From: Candidatus Limnocylindria bacterium
Lineage (GTDB): Bacteria > Chloroflexota > Limnocylindria > QHBO01
Reading direction: 5' to 3'
DNA length: 62,040 bases
Assembly: GCA_036555375.1 (NCBI GenBank)
Contig: DATBLJ010000031.1
Span: 1-62,040, forward strand
The notes beneath the pieces were generated by a model that made no database searches, was not told the DNA's origin, and saw only the letters and a list, made by a program, of their open reading frames with translations. Both the position numbers and the translations under genes were made by a program. Of the stretch, positions 36,094 to 44,474 are shown in pieces (position 1 is the stretch's first letter; each line of letters begins with the position of its first letter).

Positions 36094-38190
36094 TCAGCGG
36101 GTGCCGGCGGGCACCTCGCCGATGCCGGCCACCGGCCGGTACAGCTCCTCCACGTAGTCGCGCAGGACCCGGTCGGCGGTGAAGTCCCGGAGTGCAATCC
36201 GCATGGCCCCGCGCATGACCTCGATCCACGCCCGCGGCAGGCCGATGTGGTCGCGGGCGAAGAAGGCGGGCACCACCGCGTTCTCGAGGACCCGGTAGAG
36301 CGACTCGGCGTCCTCCTCGTCGGACCCGCCGTCCTCGCTCGACGGCCGGCCCACCGCCCATCCGTTCGTCCCGTCGAACGCCTCGTCCCACCAGCCGTCA
36401 AGGATGCTGACCGACGGCACGCCGTTCAGGGCGGCCTTCATCCCGGAGGTGCCCGACGCCTCGAGCGGCCGACGCGGCGTGTTCAGCCAGAGGTCGACCC
36501 CAGAGACGAGGAAGCGGGCGATCCGCAGGTCGTAGTCCTCGATGAAGAAGATCCGGCCCGCCATCCCGACCCGTCGCGAGGTATCCACGACTCGCTCGAG
36601 AAGGTCCTGGCCCAGCTCGTCGGCTGGGTGGGCCTTGCCGGCGAAGATCAGCTGGACCGGGCGGTCGGGATCGGCCAGCAGGTGGTTCAGCCGGTGGGGG
36701 TCGTGGAGGATCAGGTCGGCGCGCTTGTAGGTGGCGAAGCGGCGGGCGAAGCCGATCGTCAGCGCCTGGGGGTCGAGGGCCCCGGCCAGGTCTCCGACCG
36801 CTTCGGGCGCGACCCCATGGCGAAGCGCCTGGCGCGTCAACCGCCCGCCGAGGAAGTCGATCATCTGGCGCTTCTGCTCGGCATGGGCGTCCCACAGCTC
36901 GCGGTCGCTGGCGTGCGCCTCCCCGCCGGTGAGGGCTTTCTGGATGGGCTCGGCCTGCCAGGTCGGGCGATGGACGCCGTTCGTGACGGACTGGACGTCG
37001 CGGCCAATCGCCGCGCGCCAGGTCCCGGTCGCCGTCCGCCCATGGAGCTTGCTCACGGCATTGATGGCCGCGGCCTGGCGCAGGCCGAATGCGGTCAGGT
37101 CGAAGGAGCCGTTCGAGTCCCCGTCCGGTCCCGTCCCGAGCTCGCGGAGCCGGTCGGCAGCAAGGTCGATGGCCGCCGCCGCAGGGCCCAGCAGCTCGAT
37201 GGCGAGGTCGGGGTCGTACCGCTCGTTGCCGGCCGGGACCGGCGTGTGAAGGGTCATCACCATGTCCCGTCCGGCGCGGGCCAGGGCGTCGGCGCCGCTC
37301 AGCGACGGATCGGCCGCGCACGCCTGACGAGCGCGCTCGAGGATGACGAGCGCGGAATGACCCTCGTTCAGGTGCCAGACCGCCGGCCGGATGCCGAGCG
37401 CCTCGAGCGCCCGCGCCGCCCCGACCCCGAGCAGGAGCTCCTGGGTGAGCCGTGTCCGTCGCTCGGGCACGTACAGCTGGTCGGTGATCCGTCGGTCCTC
37501 CGGGTCGTTGCCGGCGACATCGGCGTCGAGCATGAGGAGCGGGACGCGACCGACCTGCGCGACCCACACGGCGAGCCGCACCACCCGACCCGGGAGCTCG
37601 ACGCTGACCTCCAGCGCGCGGCCGGACGCGTCCGCCGCGCGGCGGATGGGCAGGTCGGCGGGATGGATATCCGGCTCCAGGTGCTCCTGGCGCCCCTCGG
37701 CGTCGATCCGCTGGCGGAAGTAGCCGCGGTGATAGAGCGGCCCGACGGCGACCAACGGCATCCGGGCGTCGGACGCGGCCTTGCAGAGGTCCCCGGCGAG
37801 GACGCCGAGTCCACCCGAGTACACGGGGAGCGACTCGTACAGCGCGAACTCGGCGCACAGGTACGCGATCGGTCCACCCAGGTCGTCGCCCAGGCCGTGC
37901 TTCCCGTTCTCCATGTCTGCCCGGAACGCGGTGACGATGGCCGCCGTGTCGGCCACGAACCGCTGGTCGGCGGCGAGCGCCGACCAGTGCTCGGCATCGG
38001 TCTGCCGCAGCAGGTGGATCGGGTTGCGGGTCCTGGCCCAGGTCTGGGGGTCGATCCGGGCAAACAGGCGGCGCGCCTCGGGATGCCACGTCCACCACAG
38101 GTTTTCGGCAAGCTCGCGCAGGCCCTCCAGGCCGGACGGGTTGGGGAGGTCGGTGCGTTCGAGCGACACAACCTGGACGGGCAAGGCCAT
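36094..38190 (-). CDS. glgP: Alpha-glucan phosphorylase (GT35, maltodextrin/glycogen phosphorylase)
   Basis: 698 aa. SGGLGVLAGD, the PLP-lysine region EASGTSGMKAALNGVPSVSILDGWWDE and FAGKAHPAD. Confidence 0.92.
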   Translation of the reverse strand: MALPVQVVSLERTDLPNPSGLEGLRELAENLWWTWHPEARRLFARIDPQTWARTRNPIHLLRQTDAEHWSALAADQRFVADTAAIVTAFRADMENGKHGLGDDLGGPIAYLCAEFALYESLPVYSGGLGVLAGDLCKAASDARMPLVAVGPLYHRGYFRQRIDAEGRQEHLEPDIHPADLPIRRAADASGRALEVSVELPGRVVRLAVWVAQVGRVPLLMLDADVAGNDPEDRRITDQLYVPERRTRLTQELLLGVGAARALEALGIRPAVWHLNEGHSALVILERARQACAADPSLSGADALARAGRDMVMTLHTPVPAGNERYDPDLAIELLGPAAAAIDLAADRLRELGTGPDGDSNGSFDLTAFGLRQAAAINAVSKLHGRTATGTWRAAIGRDVQSVTNGVHRPTWQAEPIQKALTGGEAHASDRELWDAHAEQKRQMIDFLGGRLTRQALRHGVAPEAVGDLAGALDPQALTIGFARRFATYKRADLILHDPHRLNHLLADPDRPVQLIFAGKAHPADELGQDLLERVVDTSRRVGMAGRIFFIEDYDLRIARFLVSGVDLWLNTPRRPLEASGTSGMKAALNGVPSVSILDGWWDEAFDGTNGWAVGRPSSEDGGSDEEDAESLYRVLENAVVPAFFARDHIGLPRAWIEVMRGAMRIALRDFTADRVLRDYVEELYRPVAGIGEVPAGTR

Positions 38191-38260
38191 CGGCGCCGGA
38201 TGATATCGGTCAGGCGCTCGTCATGGCAGTCCGGGACGCGGTACGCTACCGATCCCCCTG

Positions 38261-40447
38261 ATGGACGGCTACTCGGTCAACGAGGCGGCGGCCGTCCTCG
38301 GCATCCCGGAAGGACGGGTCTGGGAGCTTCTGGCTCGCGGCGTCCTGTCCGGGGCAACCGAGGTTGGCGGCGACATGCGGGTCTTCCTCCGAGGAACGGC
38401 CCTGACGGAGGCTGCCCCGACACCCAAGCCGAATGGCGAATCGAACGGCGGAAACGGCGGCTCCCACGGCGAGATGAGCGCGTTCCGGGAGCTCCTCACC
38501 GAATTCCGCAATCTCACCGAGCGGTACGGCCAGGCGCTCCTCGCGCTCGGCGAGGCGCGCGGCGAGGTCGCGTCGTTGCGCGGCCGGGTCGATCTGCTCG
38601 AGGCTCGCCTCGAGAACCGCGTCCCGTGGACCGCTCCGGCTCCCGGGGCGTGGGCGCCAGCCCCCGCCCCTGAGGTCCAGCCCGACCCTGAGCCGGAACC
38701 GGTTGCCCTCGAGCCAGAAGCCGTCGTCAAGCCCGACGTCTCCGAGGTCGCCGCATCGGATGCCGTCGCCGAGGTGGAAGAGGAGCCGGTCCTGGACGCC
38801 GTCGCGGAGGTCGAGGCAGAGCCAATGCTGGACGCCGAACCCGACGCCGAACCCGAGGCCGAACCCGAGGCCGAGCCCGAGGCCGAGCCCGAGACCGAGA
38901 CCGAGCCCATCTTCGACACCGCGGCACCCGACCTGCCGGAGCTTCCGGATGAGCCGATCGAGGAGGCGCTGGCCGATGACGCCAGCGCCGAAGCGACAAG
39001 CGTCGAAGCCGAATCGATCCCCGAAGTGCCCGAGCCGTCGGGCGATTCGGAGCCCGCAGCCCACGAGTCGCATCGGTCGACCGGCCACAGCCAGGCGCGG
39101 GCCCAGGCGCGGGCCCAGGCGCGCGCGGCCGTCGCCGGCTTTGCCGAGGCCCTGGCACGGGCGGAGGATCCGACCACCGCCGAGGTCGGGTCCGGAGACG
39201 AGCCCCTGCCGGGCTCCGACGAGCTGGCCGATGCGGTTGCGGCCTATCGCGACGACGTCGAGACCGATGCCGAGACGCGGAGCGCACCCCAGGCGCAGAT
39301 CGAGGAGGATGAAGAACCACCCGTCGCCCAGGAGCCGATCGAGGAGGTCCCCATGGCCATCAGCCGACCCGGATACAGCACGGCCACGCCAGAGCCGGAT
39401 TGGATCGCCGAGGAGGACCTGATCGTCGCGGCCGGTGAGCCGTCCGACTCCGCCGACGACTGGAGTCGCGAGGGACTGGTCGTGGACGAGCCCGTATCAG
39501 CCGATCCCGAGCCGGCTGCGGTCGCTGAAGCGGTGGAGGCTCCAGTGGAGCTGGCGCCCGAGGAGATCGCGGACGAGCCGGTCGAAGTCGCCGGCGAGGT
39601 TGCGGGCGCCGAAATCGCGGCAGCATTCGACCCCTGGCCGGTTCGCGAAGAGGAAGTCGTCGCGGACGAGGTGGCGGAAGAAGAAGAGGCGTTCGCGGAG
39701 CTTGCCGGCGCGATCGAGGAGCCGGAGGCGATCGACGAGCCCGAAGCGATCCCGGCCACGGCCACCGAAGAGGCTGCCCTCGAACGGGCTGCCGAGGTCG
39801 CCGAGCCCGTGGCCTACGCCGAGATTCCGATCGAGCCCGACACCGAGGACGACGCGTGGGGCCTGGGCGCCGTGAGCCTCGTGCCCGCCGGCGTCGAGTC
39901 CGCGACCGCGGAGTCGTCCGGCCTGGCGGCAGCCCCCGCCGAACCGGTTGCTGAACCAGATCTCGCTCCCTGGCCCGCGGCCGACGTCGAGCCGGACACC
40001 GTCGAGCCCGCGCCGTGGGGCCGATTCCGGGTCGAGATTGCCGCGGAGCCGCCCGCCGAGGACGACGCCGCGCTGCTCGAGGCGCCCCAGCCCGACCCCG
40101 TCGCCGAGTTCGCGGAGCCGCCGATCCTCCCCCAGGAACCGGCGTTCTGGGAGCCGGGTGCCCGCGAGCGGGCGCCGTTCGCCATCCCGCACGCCGATCC
40201 GTGGGAGGCGGCCGGGACCGAGACCGCCGAGGTCGAAACCGCGCCGTCGGTCGGGGAATCCGCACCCGCAAGCCCGCCTCCCGCGCCAGCCGTGCCGCCG
40301 ACGCCGTCGGCCGGTCCGGCCCCCTCGGCCGGCCCGAACCCATCGGCCTCCCGTCCGTCGCCGTCGAGCCCGCGGCCGAGCGCCGCGCGACGCAAGCGGG
40401 GGCCTGCCGCCCGTGCCATCCGCCGCCTCCGATACCTGATCGACTGA
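38261..40447 (+). CDS. HTH (excisionase/MerR-like HTH_17) plus coiled-coil protein with a highly acidic low-complexity body of about 570 aa and a short basic tail
   Basis: The N-terminus YSVNEAAAVLGIPEGRVWELLARGVLSG is HTH_17-like. It is followed by a heptad segment FRELLTEFRNLTERYGQALLALGEARGEVASLRGRVDLLEARLE. The rest is rich in E, A, P and D, with peptide repeats. The C-terminus is RRKRGPAARAIRRLRYLID. Third-codon positions are G/C-rich throughout. Confidence 0.7.
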   Translation: MDGYSVNEAAAVLGIPEGRVWELLARGVLSGATEVGGDMRVFLRGTALTEAAPTPKPNGESNGGNGGSHGEMSAFRELLTEFRNLTERYGQALLALGEARGEVASLRGRVDLLEARLENRVPWTAPAPGAWAPAPAPEVQPDPEPEPVALEPEAVVKPDVSEVAASDAVAEVEEEPVLDAVAEVEAEPMLDAEPDAEPEAEPEAEPEAEPETETEPIFDTAAPDLPELPDEPIEEALADDASAEATSVEAESIPEVPEPSGDSEPAAHESHRSTGHSQARAQARAQARAAVAGFAEALARAEDPTTAEVGSGDEPLPGSDELADAVAAYRDDVETDAETRSAPQAQIEEDEEPPVAQEPIEEVPMAISRPGYSTATPEPDWIAEEDLIVAAGEPSDSADDWSREGLVVDEPVSADPEPAAVAEAVEAPVELAPEEIADEPVEVAGEVAGAEIAAAFDPWPVREEEVVADEVAEEEEAFAELAGAIEEPEAIDEPEAIPATATEEAALERAAEVAEPVAYAEIPIEPDTEDDAWGLGAVSLVPAGVESATAESSGLAAAPAEPVAEPDLAPWPAADVEPDTVEPAPWGRFRVEIAAEPPAEDDAALLEAPQPDPVAEFAEPPILPQEPAFWEPGARERAPFAIPHADPWEAAGTETAEVETAPSVGESAPASPPPAPAVPPTPSAGPAPSAGPNPSASRPSPSSPRPSAARRKRGPAARAIRRLRYLID
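38831..38908 (+). repeat. In-frame 12-nt tandem repeat encoding (D/E)AEP x5 followed by ETETEP
   Basis: The units are GACGCCGAACCC x2, GAGGCCGAACCC, GAGGCCGAGCCC x2, then GAGACCGAGACCGAGCCC. Confidence 0.9.
39092..39127 (+). repeat. In-frame 12-nt tandem repeat encoding QARA x3
   Basis: CAGGCGCGGGCC x2 followed by CAGGCGCGCGCG. Confidence 0.9.
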
Positions 40448-40455
40448 GCCGCCCG

Positions 40456-41073
40456 GTGGTGGCCTACGACCCGCAGACGGCTCTCCTCGTGGTGGACGTC
40501 CAGAACGACTTCGCCGATCCCGGCGGGTCGTTGAGCGTCCGCGGCGGGGAGGAGATCATCCCCCGCCTGAACGCGGAGATCGCCGAAGCCACCTCGCGCG
40601 GCGCGCCGGTGCTCTACACCCAGGACTGGCATCCGCCCTCGACCCCCCACTTCGCGAAGGACGGCGGGATCTGGCCGGTCCATTGCGTCGCGGACACGTG
40701 GGGCGCGGCACTCCATCCCGACCTGGTCGTCGACGGTCCCACCGTCCGCAAGGGCGTGGGGGGCGAGGACGGCTACTCGGGCTTCTCGGTCCGCGACCCG
40801 ACCTCCGGGGAGCGGCAGCCGACCGAGCTCGAGGCCCTGCTCCGCGCGCGGGGCGTCACCCGGGTCGTCATCGGCGGCATCGCCACCGACTATTGCGTGC
40901 TGGCCACGACCCACGACGCGACCCGACTGGGATTCGACGTCGCTGTCCTGACCGATGCGATCGCGGCCGTGAACCTCGAGCCGGGCGACGGCGCCAACGC
41001 ACTCACCGAGATGGCGGCGGCGGGCGCCACGCTGCTCGGCGACGCATCCGCCGCCGACGCCGGCGAGGACTGA
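40456..41073 (+). CDS. pncA: Nicotinamidase/pyrazinamidase (isochorismatase family)
   Basis: The GTG at 40456 lies 9 nt after the preceding stop. ALLVVDVQNDF (catalytic Asp), TVRKG (Lys), GIATDYCV (Cys) and the metal-site region DWHP. Confidence 0.85.
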   Translation: MVAYDPQTALLVVDVQNDFADPGGSLSVRGGEEIIPRLNAEIAEATSRGAPVLYTQDWHPPSTPHFAKDGGIWPVHCVADTWGAALHPDLVVDGPTVRKGVGGEDGYSGFSVRDPTSGERQPTELEALLRARGVTRVVIGGIATDYCVLATTHDATRLGFDVAVLTDAIAAVNLEPGDGANALTEMAAAGATLLGDASAADAGED

Positions 41074-41076
41074 CCG

Positions 41077-41781
41077 ATGGAGGTCCTCGGCCAGCCCGCG
41101 CAGCGCCTGGGCGGCTGGCTCATCGGCTTGGGCGTGGTGGGCCTCGTGCTGTCGGTCATCTTCGTCGTCGGCTGGCTGGGCAGCCTGGTTGCCCTGCGCG
41201 ACCTCGACCTGAGCTCAGCCGATGGCCAGTCGCTGTCCTCGGCGTTGACGAACGCCGCCAACCTGATGGACAGCACGGCGACCGCGCTCGAGACCAGCAC
41301 CGAGACGATCGGAGCGGTGAGCGACACCCTGGACGACGCGGCGATCCTGCTCACCGACCTGGCCGACACGACCACCAGCCTGGCCGACGCCCTGGACATC
41401 AACGTCCTCGGCCAGCGGCCGTTCGCCGGGGTCTCGACCCAGCTCGAGGAGATTGCCGACGAGCTCGAGACCTTCGCCGGTCACGCCGCCACCCTCAACG
41501 AGCAGGTCAACGACCTGGAGCCGCAGCTGGCGGTCGTCGCGGCCGACCTGCGGACGATGCAGGAATCCGTCGAGTCGCTGGCCGACCGGGCGGAGGCCTT
41601 CGGCGGCGCCCAGCGACTGGTGGGCTTCATCCAGGCCTACGCCGTCCTGTCGGCCCTCATGGCGGCCTGGATCGGCATCCTGGCCGGGACCTGTGTCTGG
41701 GCGGGGCGCGAGCTCAGGCGGGCGGCGCTGGCGGCTCAGGCGAGCCAGGGCGCGAGCGGCGGGACCACCCCCACCAGCTGA
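41077..41781 (+). CDS. Hypothetical two-TM membrane protein with a helical, Leu/Asp/Thr-repeat ectodomain
   Basis: It starts 3 nt after the pncA stop. TM segments lie at both ends and about 150 aa of amphipathic helix-like sequence lies between them. No family recognised. Confidence 0.6.
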   Translation: MEVLGQPAQRLGGWLIGLGVVGLVLSVIFVVGWLGSLVALRDLDLSSADGQSLSSALTNAANLMDSTATALETSTETIGAVSDTLDDAAILLTDLADTTTSLADALDINVLGQRPFAGVSTQLEEIADELETFAGHAATLNEQVNDLEPQLAVVAADLRTMQESVESLADRAEAFGGAQRLVGFIQAYAVLSALMAAWIGILAGTCVWAGRELRRAALAAQASQGASGGTTPTS

Positions 41782-41941
41782 GGCCGATCCCGGCCACGAC
41801 CATGACCGCACCGATCACGACCCAGCTCCGGTCGTTGGTCATCGAGCTGGACGACACGATCACCCCGAGTCCCTGGAGGATGAAGATGGTCCCAGCCAGG
41901 GCGACCAGGATTCCCACGATCAGGGTGATGGTTGTGCGCAC
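41714..41941 (-). CDS. Small (75 aa) two-TM membrane protein, probably leaderless
   Basis: The GTG at 41941 is preceded by TACCAT (plus-strand ATGGTA, 41948-41953) with a 6-nt spacer. Third positions are G/C-rich and there are two clear TM helices. It overlaps the convergent gene end by 68 bp. Confidence 0.5.
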   Translation of the reverse strand: MRTTITLIVGILVALAGTIFILQGLGVIVSSSSMTNDRSWVVIGAVMVVAGIGLSWWGWSRRSRPGSPEPPAPPA

Positions 41942-42113
41942 GATCGGATGGTAGACTTTCCCCGATTCGGACCGCTTGTCCGGCGTCCAGGCCCTTTCCC
42001 CTCCCCTCCACCACGGTTGTTTCGCTGGCTCACGGGGTAGTGGCAAGACCCGTGGCCGGCCACCGAGTGAGCGCCACCGGATCATGTCCAACTCTCACAG
42101 TGGAGGGTCCAGG

Positions 42114-42452
42114 GTGACCTATTCCGATCAGGTTCTCGCATGTGTTGATTGCGGGACCGAGTTCGTCTTCTCAGCGTCGGAGCAGAGCTTCTTCGCCGAG
42201 AAAGGCTTCACGTCGCCGCCCAAGCGATGTCCTTCGTGCCGCGCCCAGCGCCGCGCGTCGGGCGGGTACGGTGGCGGCAGCAGCAGCTACGGCTCCGGCG
42301 GTGGCTACGGTGGTGGTGGTGGCTACGGCGGCCCGCGGGAGATGCACGATGCAGTCTGCGCCCGTTGTGGCAAGGAGACCCAGGTCCCCTTCAAGCCAAC
42401 CGGCACGCGCCCCGTCTACTGCAGCGACTGCTTCCGGCTCGTTCGCGGCTAA
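42114..42452 (+). CDS. Double zinc-ribbon protein with a Gly/Tyr-rich linker
   Basis: SD GGAGGG lies 6 nt before the GTG at 42114; an ATG at 42084 is the alternative. CVDCGTEFVFSASEQSFFAEKGF..KRCPSCR and CARCGKETQVPFKPTGTRPVYCSDCF are two CxxC...CxxC ribbons. They are separated by SGGYGGGSSSYGSGGGYGGGGGYGG. Confidence 0.7.
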   Translation: MTYSDQVLACVDCGTEFVFSASEQSFFAEKGFTSPPKRCPSCRAQRRASGGYGGGSSSYGSGGGYGGGGGYGGPREMHDAVCARCGKETQVPFKPTGTRPVYCSDCFRLVRG

Positions 42453-42458
42453 CCAATG

Positions 42459-42478
42459 GCGCCGGCTTCGGCCGGCGC
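42459..42478 (+). terminator. GC-rich hairpin GCGCCGGC-TTCG-GCCGGCGC directly after the zinc-ribbon gene
   Basis: Perfect 8-bp stem with a TTCG tetraloop, 7 nt after the TAA stop. There is no U-tract. Confidence 0.4.
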
Positions 42479-42490
42479 ATGGCAACTCCC

Positions 42491-42516
42491 AAGGCGGCGC
42501 CCACGGGCGCCGCCTT
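42491..42516 (+). terminator. Second GC-rich hairpin AAGGCGGCGCC-(loop)-GGCGCCGCCTT
   Basis: Stem of 11-12 bp followed by TTGACATTT. Together with the first hairpin it insulates the zinc-ribbon gene from tkt. Confidence 0.4.
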
Positions 42517-42572
42517 GACATTTCTGCAACGTCCCGCAATGGCCTGGTGACGAGGGCGCCTGCGCGCATGGG

Positions 42573-42578
42573 TATCAT
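42573..42578 (+). promoter_or_regulatory. TATCAT -10 box 6 nt upstream of the tkt GTG (leaderless pattern)
   Basis: The local sequence is TATCAT-TCGAAC-GTG, with no SD. Confidence 0.45.
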
Positions 42579-42584
42579 TCGAAC

Positions 42585-44459
42585 GTGACCACGGACCAGG
42601 ATCGCGACCTGTGGCGTGAGCTCGGGCAGCAGCTCCGCGTCGACTCCATCCGGTCGTCGAGCGCCGCCGGATCGGGCCACCCGACTTCCTCGATGTCCGG
42701 AGCCGACCTCATGGCCGTCCTCCTGGCCGCGCACCTCCGCTACGACTTCGACCAGCCGGATGACCCGCGCAACGACCACCTGATCTTCAGCAAGGGCCAT
42801 GCCAGCCCGCTCCTGTACGCGATGTACGTGGCGGCCGGCGCGATCACCGACGAGGAGATGCTGACCTTCCGGAAGCAGGGGAGCCGGATCGAGGGTCACC
42901 CGACCCCAGTCCTGCCCTGGGTCGACGTTGCGACCGGCTCGCTGGGCCAGGGCCTCCCGATCGGGGTCGGCGTGGCGCTCGCGGGGAAGCAGCTCGACAG
43001 GCTCCCGTATCGGGTCTGGGTCCTGTGCGGCGACAGCGAGATGGCCGAGGGCTCGATGTTCGAGGCGCTCGAGCACGCCGCCCATGCCGGCCTGGACAAC
43101 CTGACCGCGATCATCGACGTCAACCGGCTGGGCCAGACCGGCGAGACGATGCACGGCTGGGACCTCGACGCCTACCTCCGTCGCGCCCAGTCGGCGGGCT
43201 GGCACGCGATCACGATCAACGGCCATGACGTCGACGAGATCGACCGGGCCTACACCGATGCGGCGGCGACCGAGCTCCGGCCGACGATGATCGTCGCCCG
43301 GACCGAGAAGGGCCACGGGGTGGCGGCGGTGGCCAACCAGAACGGTTTCCACGGGAAGCCGCTGGCCGATCCCGACGCGGCGATCGCCGAGCTCGGCGGC
43401 CGGCGCGAGATCCGGATCACGGTGCAGCCGCCCGACCGAAGCGTGGAGCCGCGTCCCGCGCTCGAGCCGGGCGTCATCCGCCTTCCGGCGTACGAGGTCG
43501 GGACCACCGAGGCCACGCGGCGGGCCTATGGCGACGCGCTGGCGGCGGTGGGCACGGCCCGCGGGGACGTCGTCGCGCTCGACGGCGAGGTCAGCAACTC
43601 GACGTACGCCGAGATCTTCCGCGAGGCGCACCCGGATCGCTACTTCGAGATGTACATCGCCGAGCAACAGCTGGTGGCGGCCGCCATCGGGCTCCAGGTC
43701 CGCGGCTGGAAGCCGTTCGCCTCGACCTTCGCCGCCTTCCTGAGCCGGGCCTACGACTTCATCCGGATGGCGGCCGTGTCACGCGCCGACCTGAGCCTCG
43801 TCGGCTCCCACGCGGGCGTGTCCATCGGCGAGGACGGACCGTCCCAGATGGCGCTCGAGGACCTGGCGATGATGCGCGCGATCCATGGCAGCACGGTCTT
43901 GTACCCGTCCGACGCGAACCAGGCCGCCGCGCTGGTGGCCGAGATGGTCGACCGGCCGGGCATCGTGTTCATGCGCACGACGCGGGAGAAGACGCCGGTC
44001 ATCTACCCCGCCGGGGAGAGCTTCCCGATCGGTGGCTCGCGGGTCGTCCGCTCGTCGGCGTCCGACCACGTCACCCTGGTCGGTGCGGGGATCACCCTCC
44101 ACCAGGCCCTCGCCGCCGCGGACCTGCTCGCCGGGGAGGGGATCAACGCCCGGGTCATCGACCTGTACAGCGTGAAGCCGGTCGACGGCGAGACGCTCCG
44201 CCAGGCCGCCCTCGCCACGGGTCGGATCGTCACCGCGGAGGACCATTGGCCCGAGGGCGGCCTGGGCGAGGCCGTGCTGTCGGTGTTCGCCGACACGGCC
44301 GAGCGACCGCGGATCATCCAGCTCGCCGTCCGGCACATGCCCGGATCGGCGACCCCGGCCCAGCAGCTGGCGGAAGCCGGCATCGACGCGGCCGCCATCG
44401 CGACCGCGGCGCGGGAGCTGGTGGCCGGCGAACCATTGGTGCCGGCCGAGATCGGCTAG
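42585..44459 (+). CDS. tkt: Transketolase, short 'mammalian-type' single-chain form
   Basis: 624 aa. GSGHPTSSMSGADLMAVL, FSKGHASPLLYA, VATGSLGQGL, CGDSEMAEGS and IIDVNRLGQ are nearly colinear with my memory of human TKT. They differ from the roughly 660-700-aa form typical of bacteria. Confidence 0.9.
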   Translation: MTTDQDRDLWRELGQQLRVDSIRSSSAAGSGHPTSSMSGADLMAVLLAAHLRYDFDQPDDPRNDHLIFSKGHASPLLYAMYVAAGAITDEEMLTFRKQGSRIEGHPTPVLPWVDVATGSLGQGLPIGVGVALAGKQLDRLPYRVWVLCGDSEMAEGSMFEALEHAAHAGLDNLTAIIDVNRLGQTGETMHGWDLDAYLRRAQSAGWHAITINGHDVDEIDRAYTDAAATELRPTMIVARTEKGHGVAAVANQNGFHGKPLADPDAAIAELGGRREIRITVQPPDRSVEPRPALEPGVIRLPAYEVGTTEATRRAYGDALAAVGTARGDVVALDGEVSNSTYAEIFREAHPDRYFEMYIAEQQLVAAAIGLQVRGWKPFASTFAAFLSRAYDFIRMAAVSRADLSLVGSHAGVSIGEDGPSQMALEDLAMMRAIHGSTVLYPSDANQAAALVAEMVDRPGIVFMRTTREKTPVIYPAGESFPIGGSRVVRSSASDHVTLVGAGITLHQALAAADLLAGEGINARVIDLYSVKPVDGETLRQAALATGRIVTAEDHWPEGGLGEAVLSVFADTAERPRIIQLAVRHMPGSATPAQQLAEAGIDAAAIATAARELVAGEPLVPAEIG

Positions 44460-44474
44460 GAGGAAGGATCGGTC

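Noticed and set aside
38831-39127. Tandem repeats considered as a possible CRISPR-like or minisatellite array
   Set aside because: The units are 12 nt long, contiguous with no spacers, in frame and inside a coding region, so they are peptide repeats.
38269-39177. 302-aa Ser/Ala/Gly-rich antisense ORF and other ORFs overlapping the acidic protein gene
   Set aside because: These are mirror-image low-complexity translations of the sense-strand E/A/P repeats. The sense frame has the HTH and coiled-coil N-terminus and consistent G/C third positions.
41976-42113. N-terminal extension of the zinc-ribbon ORF (track start 41976)
   Set aside because: The extension (MSGVQALSPPLHHGCFAGSRGSGKTRGRPP...) is not coding-like. 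It overlaps the divergent small-gene promoter. A strong GGAGGG SD precedes the GTG at 42114.
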